From the sequence record DRR723986_5381: a DNA stretch of 64,000 bases. One strand, given 5' to 3'. The notes below the pieces were generated by a model. The model saw only the letters and a list, made by a program, of their open reading frames with translations. It did not search any database and was not told the DNA's origin. The translations under genes were made by a program, and so were the position numbers. This document shows, piece by piece, positions 31,093 through 42,287 of this stretch (its first letter is position 1; the number at the start of each line of letters is the position of its first letter).

Positions 31093-32586
31093 ATGGAAGA
31101 AAATAAATTCAATTTTTCTGAAGACGAGCAAAATTCTCAGATAACAAATGAGATGAACAAAGAGAGTGCGGTTGATGAGAAAAAAGAAGCAGTAAGAAAA
31201 GATGCTCAAGGTTTATTTGCAAGTATTAAAACGTTTTTAAGAGAGCTACTAGACTTTAGAGATGATACCGACAGAGATGCTACGATAGAAGCCATTAAGC
31301 ATGATATTTCATTTAAAGGAGCCACGGCCTGGATTTTAATTTGTTCCATTTTTGTGGCTTCAGTAGGACTTAACGCTGACTCAACAGCAGTAGTTATTGG
31401 TGCCATGTTAATTTCTCCTTTAATGGGTCCTATTTTAGGAGTAGGAATGTCAATTGCATTAAATGATATTGATACCCTTAAAAAATCATTAATCAACTTA
31501 GCTACTATGATAGTATTAAGTTTATTAACTGCTTTTTTATTCTTTTGGTTATTTCCTTTAAGTGAAGATACCTCAGAGCTATTAGGTAGAACACGACCAG
31601 ATATACGCGATGTTCTAATTGCTTTTTTTGGCGGTCTTGCTTTGATTATTGCACGTACAAAAAAAGGAACAATTGCTTCAGTAATATTTGGTGTTGCTAT
31701 TGCCACCGCGTTAATGCCGCCTTTGTGCACAGCAGGTTATGGTTTAGCCAAAGGTAATTGGGAGTACTTTGGTGGTGCAATGTTTTTGTTTAGTATTAAT
31801 ACCATTTTTATTGCCTTGGCCACTTTTATAGTCTTAAAAGTCTTACGCTTTCCTATGCTGAAATACGCAAACTCTGCGAAACGTAAACGTATAGCAAGAA
31901 TAGCATCTGTATTAGCAATAATAGTTATGATACCTGCAGCACTAACATTTGTTGATGTCTTAAAGGAAAGTAGATTTGAAACTGCGGCAGATGCATTTAT
32001 TAAAAATGAGTTAGAAACGCTTCCAAACGCTAACTATATTAAGAAAAATGCAAACCCTATTTATGATCCGAACGGAGAATCTATCATTGAATTAATCCCT
32101 TTTGGTACAGATGAAATTTCAGAAGACACCAGAAAGTTGCTTGAGGCTAGATTTAATGATCCGGATTATGTGGCTTTAAGAAATACAAAATTATCAATTA
32201 ACCAAGTTAAAAATAGAGCCATTAATAACCTTGAGTATATGGAAGAATTGAGGACCAGAGACTCATTAGATTTACTTTCACAAGGACAAAAGATTTCATA
32301 TTTAGAGGACAGGGTACGTGTTTTATCTCGATTAGAAAAAGACCAAATTCCTTTTGAAGAAGTTATTCAAGAGGCTAAAATTAATTATGAGAATTTAGAG
32401 GCTATTACTTATGCAAAGGAGATACGTTCTAATTTTTCAAAGATTGATACGCTAGTTGTATTTTCATTTAAATGGAACGATTCTTTGTCTTTACCTGAAA
32501 CGATTGTAAAAGACTCGAAAAAATTAGGTGAGTGGCTAAAAGTGAAATTAAAAAAAGATAATTTAGTTGTAAAACAACTTAAGTAA
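31093..32586 (+). CDS. DUF389 family membrane protein
   Basis: DSTAVVIGAMLISPLMGPI and GVAIATALMPPL. Confidence 0.85.
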   Translation: MEENKFNFSEDEQNSQITNEMNKESAVDEKKEAVRKDAQGLFASIKTFLRELLDFRDDTDRDATIEAIKHDISFKGATAWILICSIFVASVGLNADSTAVVIGAMLISPLMGPILGVGMSIALNDIDTLKKSLINLATMIVLSLLTAFLFFWLFPLSEDTSELLGRTRPDIRDVLIAFFGGLALIIARTKKGTIASVIFGVAIATALMPPLCTAGYGLAKGNWEYFGGAMFLFSINTIFIALATFIVLKVLRFPMLKYANSAKRKRIARIASVLAIIVMIPAALTFVDVLKESRFETAADAFIKNELETLPNANYIKKNANPIYDPNGESIIELIPFGTDEISEDTRKLLEARFNDPDYVALRNTKLSINQVKNRAINNLEYMEELRTRDSLDLLSQGQKISYLEDRVRVLSRLEKDQIPFEEVIQEAKINYENLEAITYAKEIRSNFSKIDTLVVFSFKWNDSLSLPETIVKDSKKLGEWLKVKLKKDNLVVKQLK

Positions 32587-32591
32587 CAGTA

Positions 32592-33359
32592 TTATTGATT
32601 TTCTTCAAGGTACATCTTGCGTACCTTCTTGAAAAGTTCAGAGGAATACACAAAATTAGTTACAGCTTTATTGTCTGTTCTAAATATTGTTTCTTTAGAG
32701 CCTTCCCATTCTTTTATACCATCTTTTAAAAACACTATTTTCTCACCAATTTCCATTACAGAATTCATATCATGAGAATTAATCACAGTTGTAATTTGAT
32801 ATTCGTCTGTAATTTCCTGAATAAGGTTATCGATAACAATAGCTGTTTTTGGGTCTAAGCCTGAATTTGGTTCATCACAGAAAAGATACTTAGGATTATT
32901 TACAATAGCTCTTGCTATAGCCACACGTTTTTGCATACCACCAGAAGCTTCACTGGGCATTTTGTGATTGGAACCTTCTAAATTAACACGTTTTAAAACT
33001 GAATTTACACGGTCTTCCATTTCGCTTCTGCTTTGTTTGGTAAACATTCGCAATGGAAACATTACATTTTCTGCAATTGTCATAGAATCAAAAAGAGCAC
33101 TTCCTTGAAACACCATACCTATTTTAGAACGCAGGTCTGTTCTTTCATTTCTTGTTAATTCACTAAAAACTTTACCATCATAGGATATAACTCCTTCTTC
33201 AAATTGAAATAAACCGAGTAAACATTTTAAAAAAACCGTTTTCCCAGAACCACTTTGCCCAATAATGAGATTTGTTTTTCCCTTTTCAAAGGTTGTGGAT
33301 ATACCTTTTAAAATATGAGCATCACCAAATGATTTATGTAAGTTTTTAACTTCTATCAT
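32592..33359 (-). CDS. mlaF: MlaF-like ABC transporter ATP-binding protein
   Basis: GQSGSGKT, SGGMQKR and CDEPNSGLDP; ATG at 33359 overlaps the permease stop (TAATG). Confidence 0.85.
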   Translation of the reverse strand: MIEVKNLHKSFGDAHILKGISTTFEKGKTNLIIGQSGSGKTVFLKCLLGLFQFEEGVISYDGKVFSELTRNERTDLRSKIGMVFQGSALFDSMTIAENVMFPLRMFTKQSRSEMEDRVNSVLKRVNLEGSNHKMPSEASGGMQKRVAIARAIVNNPKYLFCDEPNSGLDPKTAIVIDNLIQEITDEYQITTVINSHDMNSVMEIGEKIVFLKDGIKEWEGSKETIFRTDNKAVTNFVYSSELFKKVRKMYLEENQ

Positions 33360-34096
33360 TAGCCTAGTAACAAACTGGTTAGTAAAAAGTTTAATAATAT
33401 AATAACAACACTGGTCCAAACAAAGGATGTGGTACTAGCCTTTCCAACTTCTAATGCACCACCTTTCATAAAATAACCGTAAAATGATGGTATTGTGGCA
33501 AGTATAAATGCGAAAACCATTGTTTTAATAAAGGCATATACCATATGAAAAACAATAAAGTCGGTTTGTACACCTTCTATATAATCCTCTAAAGTACCGT
33601 AGCCACCATAAACACACGCTACTAACCCACCTAAAATACCTAGAAACATGGCGATAGAGATTATAAAAGGATATAACATTAAAGAGATAAACTTAGGGAA
33701 CACCAGATAATTTATACCATTGATTCCCATTACTTCCAGAGCATCAATTTGCTCGGTAACTCTCATAGTCCCAATACTAGAAGTAATAAATGAGCCAACC
33801 TTACCAGCCATAATAATAGAGATAAATGTTGGAGCAAATTCTAATATAATTGATTGACGAGTTGCAAAACCAACAAGATACTTAGGAATTAAAGGATTGC
33901 TTATATTCAATGATGTCTGTATGGCAACAACTCCTCCAACGAAAAAAGCGATAAAGGCAACGATACCTAAAGAGCCAATAATAAGATCGTCGATATCTTT
34001 AAGAATCAAAGTTTTCATCACAGACCATTTTGTTGGTCTGCGAAATATATCTTTAATCATTATAAAGTATACACCAATATTATGAAGGTACTTCAT
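33359..34096 (-). CDS. mlaE: MlaE-family lipid ABC transporter permease
   Basis: AGKVGS...IGTMRVTEQIDALEVMG and GGALEVGKASTTSFV. Confidence 0.88.
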   Translation of the reverse strand: MKYLHNIGVYFIMIKDIFRRPTKWSVMKTLILKDIDDLIIGSLGIVAFIAFFVGGVVAIQTSLNISNPLIPKYLVGFATRQSIILEFAPTFISIIMAGKVGSFITSSIGTMRVTEQIDALEVMGINGINYLVFPKFISLMLYPFIISIAMFLGILGGLVACVYGGYGTLEDYIEGVQTDFIVFHMVYAFIKTMVFAFILATIPSFYGYFMKGGALEVGKASTTSFVWTSVVIILLNFLLTSLLLG

Positions 34097-34175
34097 TCAA
34101 GAATTTATTAATGCTAAATTATGAAAAATGATTAGTTTATTGCTGTTAATTTAAATTAAGATATTCTAAAAACCG

Positions 34176-34183
34176 TATTTTTG
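34176..34183 (+). promoter_or_regulatory. -7 box (TATTTTTG) for pafA
   Basis: TAnnTTTG 27 nt upstream of the ATG. Confidence 0.5.
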
Positions 34184-34210
34184 AAATTCATTAGAAAGGC
34201 ATAAAGATTT

Positions 34211-35878
34211 ATGAAGAAATTCTCACTTATTATAGCGTCATTCCTGTTGGTTTTGTCTTGTGGTTCTCAAGAACAAGTCATAATTCCTGCGACAAAAATT
34301 AATACTGCAATTACTACCAAAAAACCCAAATTAGTTATTGGTATTGTGGTAGATCAAATGCGATATGACTATTTAACACGTTTTGAATCTAAATTTGGCG
34401 AAGGAGGATTTAAACGTATGATGAGCGAAGGATTTAATTGCAAAAACAACCATTTTAATTATGTGCCCACCTATACAGGTCCAGGTCATGCATCGGTTTT
34501 TACCGGTACTACACCAAAATATCATGGAATTATTTCTAATAATTGGTATGATAAAGAGATTAAGGAGACCGTATACTGTGCACAAGACGATTCAGTAGCC
34601 TCAGTAGGTACAAATAGTGATGCTGGTAAGATGTCTCCACGAAGAATGTTAACTACCAGTGTTGCTGATGAAAATAGATTATTTACGCAAATGCGAGGAA
34701 AGAGTATTGGTATTGCAATAAAAGATAGAGGTGCAATTCTACCAGCTGGTCATTCCGCTAATGCTGCCTATTGGTTTTATGGAGAAGACGAAGGTGTTTG
34801 GATTACTAGTACATTTTACAGAGAGAGCCTACCACAGTGGGTTATTGACTTTAATAAATCTGATGCTGCAGAGTCTTATTTTAAAGTTTGGGACACTTAT
34901 CACCCTATAGAAACTTATGTAGAAAGTGGCGATGATCTTAATGATTTTGAAAGAGGATTTAAAGGAAAAGAAACAGCAACTTTCCCTTATAATTTGGCAG
35001 AATTGAAGTCTGAAAATAACGGATTCGATATTTTGAAAGCAACAGCATACGGTAATAGTCTTACTGCAGATTTTGCATTAGCAGCAATAAAAGGTGAAGC
35101 CTTAGGATTGGATAATGATACAGATGTTTTAACGTTGAGTTTTTCTAGCACAGATTATGTTGGCCATAACTTTGGTGTTAATTCTAAAGAAGTTCAAGAC
35201 ACCTATGTAAGACTAGATAGGGATTTAGAACGATTACTTAATTATTTAGATGAAAACTTAGGTGATGGTGACTATACAGTTTTTTTAACTGCCGATCATG
35301 GTGCTGTAGATGTGCCAGCGTACTTACAATCAGTTAAAATTCCTGCTGGTTACTTAGACTATAATGACAGAAAAGAACGATTTGTGAGTTTTTTAGAGTC
35401 TACTTATGGTACTAAAGATATTGTAGAGAATGTTAGTAATAACCAAATATTCTTTAACAAAGAAAAATTAAAAGAACTTGGATTAAATATTCATGAAGTG
35501 GAACAAGCGCTAGTAGATGAACAAATTAGTTATCCAAATATAGCCAAAGTGTATACTGCTACTGCGATGAACAGTACTAATTTCACTACAGGAATTGAAG
35601 CGCTATTACAAAATGGATATAATCAAAAAAGATCGGGAGACGTTATTGTTGTAGATGATATTGCTCATATTGCTTACAGTAAAACAGGTTCTACTCATGG
35701 TAGCGGTTTAAATTATGATACACATGTGCCTTTACTATTTTATGGAGCAGGTATTAAGCAAGGAGAAACTTTTAATAAAACTGTAATTCCAGATATTGCT
35801 CCAACAATTTCGGCATTATTGGGTGTTAGTTTTCCTAATGGCTCTAATGGTGATGTTTTAGGGTTTGTTTTTGATTAA
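34211..35878 (+). CDS. pafA: PafA-type alkaline phosphatase (lipoprotein)
   Basis: VVDQMR, PTYTGPGH (Thr nucleophile), KDRGA, DYVGH, TADHG and THGS; lipobox VLSC. Confidence 0.9.
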   Translation: MKKFSLIIASFLLVLSCGSQEQVIIPATKINTAITTKKPKLVIGIVVDQMRYDYLTRFESKFGEGGFKRMMSEGFNCKNNHFNYVPTYTGPGHASVFTGTTPKYHGIISNNWYDKEIKETVYCAQDDSVASVGTNSDAGKMSPRRMLTTSVADENRLFTQMRGKSIGIAIKDRGAILPAGHSANAAYWFYGEDEGVWITSTFYRESLPQWVIDFNKSDAAESYFKVWDTYHPIETYVESGDDLNDFERGFKGKETATFPYNLAELKSENNGFDILKATAYGNSLTADFALAAIKGEALGLDNDTDVLTLSFSSTDYVGHNFGVNSKEVQDTYVRLDRDLERLLNYLDENLGDGDYTVFLTADHGAVDVPAYLQSVKIPAGYLDYNDRKERFVSFLESTYGTKDIVENVSNNQIFFNKEKLKELGLNIHEVEQALVDEQISYPNIAKVYTATAMNSTNFTTGIEALLQNGYNQKRSGDVIVVDDIAHIAYSKTGSTHGSGLNYDTHVPLLFYGAGIKQGETFNKTVIPDIAPTISALLGVSFPNGSNGDVLGFVFD

Positions 35879-36723
35879 GTAAACTTCTTTAAAATCCCTT
35901 TCCAACGAAGAGATCTAATAAATTTTCCTTCGTCTTCTGAAACGAGATATTTCAAACCTTTTGCTTTGGCCTTAAAATAGCCAGAAATATAGTCTTTAAA
36001 CAAACTGAAACTTCTCTTCTTATAGGCTAATTTTATGGCTGAAATTAGAGTAATCCAAAACCCATAGCGCATTCTGTACATGGCTTCACCTTGTAGATAT
36101 TTAGAAGCCTTATTATAAGTTTTTCCGGTGGGTTTTAAATGTTTTACATGTAGTGTTTTATCTGTGAAAATTTCCCAGCCATGGAATTTAGCTAATAGTT
36201 CATCTACTGTATCCCAACCCATGGATGGTTTTAATTTTCCTATTTGCAAAAAGCACTCTTTTCGATAAGCTTTTAGGGCACCTCTAATATGGTCATTGTT
36301 TGTTAGATTCTCTAAAACCCATTTTTTATTCTTTTCTATATAGCAGAATCCTGATGCCATACCGAGTTTTTTATTTTCTTCAAAATGATTTGAAATCGCT
36401 TCTAAATAGTGATTTGGAAAAATGAGATCAGCATCGAACTTACAGATGATATCATAATCTTCATCTATTAATTCTAATCCTCTATTGAAGGCATTAATAA
36501 TTTTTGAACCTGGTATGTGTTTGTCTGAAGAGGTTATGTTTATTAGTAAAATCCAAGAGTATTGTGAGCAAAAATCTTCAACTATAGATTGTGTGTTATC
36601 CGATGAATTATCGTTAACAATTACAACTTTTTTTGGTAGTAGTGATTGCTCAACTAAAGACTGTAAGGTCTTACCAATATAATCTTCTTCGTTATGGGCG
36701 GGAATGACAATATAGAAATTCAA
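35875..36723 (-). CDS. Glycosyltransferase family 2
   Basis: IPAHNEE, VNDNSSD and FDAD. Confidence 0.88.
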   Translation of the reverse strand: MNFYIVIPAHNEEDYIGKTLQSLVEQSLLPKKVVIVNDNSSDNTQSIVEDFCSQYSWILLINITSSDKHIPGSKIINAFNRGLELIDEDYDIICKFDADLIFPNHYLEAISNHFEENKKLGMASGFCYIEKNKKWVLENLTNNDHIRGALKAYRKECFLQIGKLKPSMGWDTVDELLAKFHGWEIFTDKTLHVKHLKPTGKTYNKASKYLQGEAMYRMRYGFWITLISAIKLAYKKRSFSLFKDYISGYFKAKAKGLKYLVSEDEGKFIRSLRWKGILKKFT

Positions 36724-36747
36724 TGTTGAAATGCTATTTACTCAAAG

Positions 36748-37269
36748 TTACACTCTTTCTGCATATATAATGTAATATCTCGGTGTAAACTGTCTAAGTA
36801 TTGGTCTTATACCAATTTTTTTTATAGGATTCGTCCATTTCTGTCTGTCTTTAATATGCCATCCAGTTTTTTCTAAAAGCCAGTCTAGTTGCCAATTTTC
36901 AAACTCGTGAAAATGCCTATCTCGAGCGTCAGTTTTACTTCTATAAGCTTTAGCAAACCATAATCGTAACGGGACGCTTATAACCAGTTTATCGGCTTTG
37001 ATGGATTTTAAAACCTCGTAAGGAGATAATAAATGTTCAAATATTTCAAAAGCTGTTACCACATCTGCTGCAGAATTTATGATTGTTGATTTATCTTCAT
37101 CTAAATCTTCACCTTTTGTGTTCTCAACAGAATAGCCTTCAGAAACCATTATTTCTGAAAACGGATTTTTAACACCTAAATCTAATATTGATTCAGTCGT
37201 TGCTATATGTCGCTTCAAAAATTGTAGCGTGTGTTTAAAACGTTTATTAGGAAAAGTTTTCTCGTACAT
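36748..37269 (-). CDS. Small class I SAM-dependent methyltransferase-like protein
   Basis: ILDLG, FEIFEHL and ISVP. Confidence 0.7.
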   Translation of the reverse strand: MYEKTFPNKRFKHTLQFLKRHIATTESILDLGVKNPFSEIMVSEGYSVENTKGEDLDEDKSTIINSAADVVTAFEIFEHLLSPYEVLKSIKADKLVISVPLRLWFAKAYRSKTDARDRHFHEFENWQLDWLLEKTGWHIKDRQKWTNPIKKIGIRPILRQFTPRYYIIYAERV

Positions 37270-37299
37270 ATTTACCTCTCGTAAATAAGAGAATTTGTA

Positions 37300-38355
37300 T
37301 TAATATCTGTAAACTATAGCATTGACGTGCATACCTGCACCAACACTTGCAAATATAATAACATCACCTTTAGAGAGGGTATGACCTTCTAACTTATTAT
37401 TTCTAATCAAGTCAAAAAGGGTAGGGACCGTAGCTACTGAACTATTGCCAAGTTTATGAATACTCATTGGCATAACACCTTCTGGCTCAGGAGTCTTGTA
37501 TAATCTATAAAATCGTTTAATTATTGCTTCATCCATCTTTTCATTGGCTTGATGAATTAAGATTTTTTTCACGTCAGAAATATTAATACCACTGTTGTCT
37601 AAGCAAGCTTTCATTGCTTGTGGTACATTGTTTAAAGCAAATTCATAAATTTTTCGACCATGCATTTTTATATAACGCGTGTCCTTACATAATTCTTGAT
37701 TATTAGATTTTCCGAAAAATAAATAATAAGCTTCATCATATGTGAAACTAGCAGTTTCATGGGCTAAAATTCCTTCTTCTTCTGTCTCTTCGACAATTGT
37801 TGCTCCGGCTCCATCAGAATAAATCATAGAGTCTCTGTCGTGTTTATCTACTACGCGAGATAAAGTTTCTGAGCCTATAACTAAGCATTTTTTTGCCATT
37901 CCGGCTTTAATAAATGCCTTAGCCTGAATTACCCCTTCGACCCATCCTGGGCAACCGAACAATATATCATAGGCAACACATTTAGGATTTTTAATTCTTA
38001 GACTATGCTTTACTCTAGATGCTAGACATGGTAAAATATCACTCTGAACAGTGTTTGCTTTAACATCACCAAAATTATGAGCACATATTATGTAATCTAA
38101 GTCTTCAGGATTGATATTGGCATCTTCTATAGCTTTTTGGGCTGCTAAAAATCCTATATCTGAAGACGTTAATTGATCATCTGCATATCGTCGCTCTACA
38201 ATACCCGTTATAGCTTTAAATTTATCTACAATAACTTCATTAGGATAATCAATTGAGGTTCCGTCGGCATTTAAAAAATTATGCTCATAAAAATCCTCAT
38301 TCTTTTCAATACTGTTTGGTATATAACTTCCTGTTCCTGTAATTCTAATTCCCAT
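37300..38355 (-). CDS. 3-oxoacyl-ACP synthase III (FabH family)
   Basis: GTGSYIP, GCPG (Cys), DGAGA, HQAN and GNSS. Confidence 0.9.
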   Translation of the reverse strand: MGIRITGTGSYIPNSIEKNEDFYEHNFLNADGTSIDYPNEVIVDKFKAITGIVERRYADDQLTSSDIGFLAAQKAIEDANINPEDLDYIICAHNFGDVKANTVQSDILPCLASRVKHSLRIKNPKCVAYDILFGCPGWVEGVIQAKAFIKAGMAKKCLVIGSETLSRVVDKHDRDSMIYSDGAGATIVEETEEEGILAHETASFTYDEAYYLFFGKSNNQELCKDTRYIKMHGRKIYEFALNNVPQAMKACLDNSGINISDVKKILIHQANEKMDEAIIKRFYRLYKTPEPEGVMPMSIHKLGNSSVATVPTLFDLIRNNKLEGHTLSKGDVIIFASVGAGMHVNAIVYRY

Positions 38356-38484
38356 AGTTATGCTTTCAATGTCTGAGGTTACGAATCTAATTAATATAAA
38401 ATAGTTTTTTGTTACTAGGCTTTTAAAACATCATATTTTTGAAGAATTCGTAAAAAAATGAAAATATTCTAAAAATAATATAAA

Positions 38485-41334
38485 TTATGCTTCTATAAAG
38501 TCAGCAATAGGAGCACAACTACACATTAAATTTCTGTCACCATACGCATCATCAACACGTCTTACACTTGGCCAAAATTTATTATCTCTTACATAATCTA
38601 ATGGAAAAGCCGCTGCTTCTCTAGAGTAAGGTAATAGCCATTCATCACAAGTTAGAATATCCAAGGTATGAGGTGAATTCTTTAAGATATTGTTTGGTTC
38701 CTCTTTTGAAATAGTATCAATTTCTTTTCTAATTGATATCATAGCATCACAAAAACGATCCATTTCTGCTTTACTTTCACTTTCAGTTGGTTCAATCATC
38801 ATTGTTCCTGCAACTGGGAAAGATACTGTCGGAGCATGGAATCCATAATCCATTAATCGTTTAGCAATATCTGTAACCTCTATTCCTCTTTCTTTAAAGT
38901 CACGACAGTCTATAATCATTTCGTGAGCCGCACGACCATTTTCACCAGTATATAAAGTAGGGTAGTAGCCTTCTAATCGTTCTTTAATGTAGTTGGCATT
39001 TAAGATTGCAACTTCAGTCGCTTCTTTTAATCCTTTTGCCCCAAGCATTTTAATATATCCATATGAAATAATACATGCTAATGATGAACCAAATGGTGCT
39101 GCTGAAATTGCAGAAATTGCCTGATGCCCACCTGTTTTTACAATTGGGTTACCTGGTAAAAAAGGTACTAATTGTTTGGCTACACATATTGGACCAACAC
39201 CTGGTCCACCACCACCATGAGGTATGGCAAACGTTTTATGTAAGTTGAGGTGGCATACATCTGCACCAATATTACCAGGATTTGTTAATCCTACTTGGGC
39301 ATTCATATTAGCACCATCCATATACACTTGTCCGCCATTATCATGTATAATCTGAGTTATTTCTTTAATTGCAGATTCGTAAACACCATGTGTAGATGGA
39401 TAAGTAACCATAAGTGCTGATAAATTATCTTTATGTAATTCTGCCTTTTCTCTTAGATCATCTACATCAATGTTACCATCCTCTGAAGCTTTTGTTACAA
39501 CCACTTTCATGCCAGCCATAACTGCACTCGCAGGATTTGTACCATGTGCAGATGATGGTATTAAACAAATATTGCGATGATGATCACCACGTGATTCGTG
39601 ATAAGCTTTAATAACCATTAAACCTGCAAACTCTCCTTGAGCACCAGAGTTTGGTTGTAAAGATGTGGCAGCAAAACCGGTAATTTCGGTAAGTTGATTT
39701 TCTAATGCATTTAGCATCAACTTATAACCTGCAGCTTGGTCTGCTGGTGCAAATGGATGCATATTTCCCCAGCTACTCCAGCTTAATGGTAACATCTCTG
39801 ATGCCGCATTTAATTTCATTGTACAAGAACCAAGAGAAATCATTGAATGATTTAATGCTAAGTCTTTGCGTTCCAATCTTTTAATGTAACGCATTAATTC
39901 AGTTTCAGAATGATAAGAATTAAATACATCGTAAGCTAAAAAGTTTGATTGTCTCTTTAATTCAGATGGTATTGTATTTGTTTTAGAAATGCTTGTAATT
40001 TTTTCTCCTTTTTTCTCAGTTACTGCTTCAAAAATTGAAATAATTTCATTTAAATCTGCAACGGTTGTGGTTTCATTTACAGAGATGGTTACAGTATTAT
40101 TATCAGGATAATAAAAGTTAACCTCCTTCTTTTCAGCCTCATATTTTACCTTAACAGGATCTGCCTTAATTTGAATAGTATCGAAGTAATGTGAATTTGC
40201 TTGTTCTAATCCTAACTTTTTTAAAGCGTCGGCTAGAGTAGAAGCAGTATGGTGCACTTTATTTGCTATAAATGAAAGACCTTTTGGACCATGATAGACA
40301 GCAAACATACCTGCCATAACTGCTAATAATACTTGTGCAGTACAGATATTAGAAGTTGCTCTGTCTCGTTTTATATGTTGTTCTCGAGTTTGTAAAGCCA
40401 TACGTAATGCTCGATTACCATTGGTGTCTCTAGTAACACCGATGATACGACCAGGTACATCTCTTTTGTAGGCTTCTTTAGTAGCAAAATATGCAGCATG
40501 CGGTCCACCATATCCCATTGGGATACCAAAACGCTGTGTAGTACCTAATACAACATCAGCACCAAATTTACCAGGAGCTTCAAGTTTTATAAGACTTAAG
40601 ATATCGGCAGCAACAGCCACTTTGATATTTGAGGTCTTTGCCTTTTCAATAAATGTTTTTATGTCAGTAATCTGGCCATTTTTACCAGGATACTGTAAAA
40701 GTGCTCCGAAGAATTCTTCACTAAGATTAAATTCAGCTTCATTACCTATTACGAGTTCAATTCCAATTGGAGTAGCTCTCGTTTCTAATAACGCTCTGGT
40801 TTGCGGTAATACTAAATCTGAAACAAAGAATTTATTTACACCAGCTTTTTTTTGAGCTCTTTCTCTCACAGCGAATAGTAAGCTCATAGCTTCTGCAGCA
40901 GCTGTACTTTCGTCTAATAAAGATGCATTAGCAATTTCCATTCCTGTAAGGTCTATAACCATTGTCTGAAAATTAAGTAGTGCCTCTAAACGACCTTGAG
41001 CAATTTCGGCTTGGTAAGGTGTGTAAGCTGTATACCATCCTGGATTTTCTAAAATATTTCGCTGTATAACTGCAGGTAGATTAGATGGATGATATCCTAA
41101 GCCGATATAAGATTTAAATACCTTATTAAGCTGAGATAATTTATAGATATGACTTAAATATTCCTGTTCACTCAAGGCTGGCTCAAGATCTAGATCTTTT
41201 TTAAGTCTTATACCAGCTGGTATAGTTTCTGAAACCAATTGTTCAATACTTGTAACACCAATGGTGTTTAACATGGCTTTTTGTTCGTCTGAATTTGGGC
41301 CAATATGTCTAAGTGCAAAAGAGGTAGTATTCAT
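38485..41334 (-). CDS. gcvP: Glycine dehydrogenase (decarboxylating), P protein
   Basis: YTPYQAEIAQGRLE, TSNICTAQ, LGSCTMKLN and HLNLHKTF PLP lysine. Confidence 0.97.
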   Translation of the reverse strand: MNTTSFALRHIGPNSDEQKAMLNTIGVTSIEQLVSETIPAGIRLKKDLDLEPALSEQEYLSHIYKLSQLNKVFKSYIGLGYHPSNLPAVIQRNILENPGWYTAYTPYQAEIAQGRLEALLNFQTMVIDLTGMEIANASLLDESTAAAEAMSLLFAVRERAQKKAGVNKFFVSDLVLPQTRALLETRATPIGIELVIGNEAEFNLSEEFFGALLQYPGKNGQITDIKTFIEKAKTSNIKVAVAADILSLIKLEAPGKFGADVVLGTTQRFGIPMGYGGPHAAYFATKEAYKRDVPGRIIGVTRDTNGNRALRMALQTREQHIKRDRATSNICTAQVLLAVMAGMFAVYHGPKGLSFIANKVHHTASTLADALKKLGLEQANSHYFDTIQIKADPVKVKYEAEKKEVNFYYPDNNTVTISVNETTTVADLNEIISIFEAVTEKKGEKITSISKTNTIPSELKRQSNFLAYDVFNSYHSETELMRYIKRLERKDLALNHSMISLGSCTMKLNAASEMLPLSWSSWGNMHPFAPADQAAGYKLMLNALENQLTEITGFAATSLQPNSGAQGEFAGLMVIKAYHESRGDHHRNICLIPSSAHGTNPASAVMAGMKVVVTKASEDGNIDVDDLREKAELHKDNLSALMVTYPSTHGVYESAIKEITQIIHDNGGQVYMDGANMNAQVGLTNPGNIGADVCHLNLHKTFAIPHGGGGPGVGPICVAKQLVPFLPGNPIVKTGGHQAISAISAAPFGSSLACIISYGYIKMLGAKGLKEATEVAILNANYIKERLEGYYPTLYTGENGRAAHEMIIDCRDFKERGIEVTDIAKRLMDYGFHAPTVSFPVAGTMMIEPTESESKAEMDRFCDAMISIRKEIDTISKEEPNNILKNSPHTLDILTCDEWLLPYSREAAAFPLDYVRDNKFWPSVRRVDDAYGDRNLMCSCAPIADFIEA

Positions 41335-41359
41335 TCTTAATTCTGCTATTTTTTTTATG

Positions 41360-41367
41360 CAAAAATA
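41360..41367 (-). promoter_or_regulatory. -7 box (TATTTTTG) for gcvP
   Basis: TAnnTTTG on the minus strand, 25 nt upstream of the ATG. Confidence 0.55.
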
Positions 41368-41453
41368 CGGATTTACCCTTTTTTTTTAGTTAATGAAAAC
41401 TAAAGTTTTTAACCGAAATAAAAGGTTATTAACACAATGGTTACTTTTGTACG

Positions 41454-42287
41454 GTGAATGTATTACAGCGCATATTTAATTTTTATATAAATAGTAGTGT
41501 ACATGTGGCATTAGCTGTGTATGCTTTAACATGGATTACCCTTTTGCAATTTGATTTGGGATACCATGAAAACGTGCTGTATTTTGTGTTTTATGCTACG
41601 ATAACTGGTTATAATTTTGTAAAATACTTTGGTGTAGCGAAATTTCATCATAGAAGCTTGGCAGGATGGTTAAAAGCAATTCAGTTATTTTCCCTTTTAG
41701 CGTTTGTTGCCATGTGCTATTATGCCTGGCAACTAAGGCCCAAAACACTTCTTTTCTCATCAATTTTTGGCGCAATCACATTTCTATACGCTGTACCGTT
41801 ATTGCCAATGCGGTATTTTAGGGATAGTCAAAAAAACTTAAGACAGATTAGTGGTCTAAAAATTTATGTAATAGCATTAGTTTGGGCCTTTACAACCTCA
41901 ATTTCACCCTTGATAGAATTTAAAATTGAGATTAGTGCAGATGCTATAATAATGAGTGTTCAACGATTTGTTTTAGTAATGGTCCTTATGTTACCTTTTG
42001 AAATCAGAGATTTGATTTATGACAGTTTAAAATTGGGAACAATTCCTCAGAAAATAGGAATTAAAAAAACAAAAATAATAGGAATAGTATTACTAATGTT
42101 ATTCTTTATGCTGGATTATTTTAAGGATGAATTGAGTAGTACTTCTATTCTAACAACATTAATAATTACGTTTATAACAATGCTATTTTTAGTTTTTTCT
42201 AACAAAAACCAGTCTAAATATTATAGTGCGTTTTGGGTGGAGAGCATCCCTATTTTATGGCTGCTAATATTATTGGTGCTTGGCTAA
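41454..42287 (+). CDS. Conserved polytopic membrane protein (possibly UbiA-like)
   Basis: Multiple hydrophobic helices; FEIRD...D...TIP...G motif reminiscent of the second Asp-rich motif of UbiA proteins. Confidence 0.55.
   Translation: MNVLQRIFNFYINSSVHVALAVYALTWITLLQFDLGYHENVLYFVFYATITGYNFVKYFGVAKFHHRSLAGWLKAIQLFSLLAFVAMCYYAWQLRPKTLLFSSIFGAITFLYAVPLLPMRYFRDSQKNLRQISGLKIYVIALVWAFTTSISPLIEFKIEISADAIIMSVQRFVLVMVLMLPFEIRDLIYDSLKLGTIPQKIGIKKTKIIGIVLLMLFFMLDYFKDELSSTSILTTLIITFITMLFLVFSNKNQSKYYSAFWVESIPILWLLILLVLG

Noticed and set aside
41335..41453. Glycine riboswitch upstream of gcvP
   Set aside because: The region is short and very AT-rich with no aptamer-like sequence, and a -7 box lies only 25 nt from the ATG
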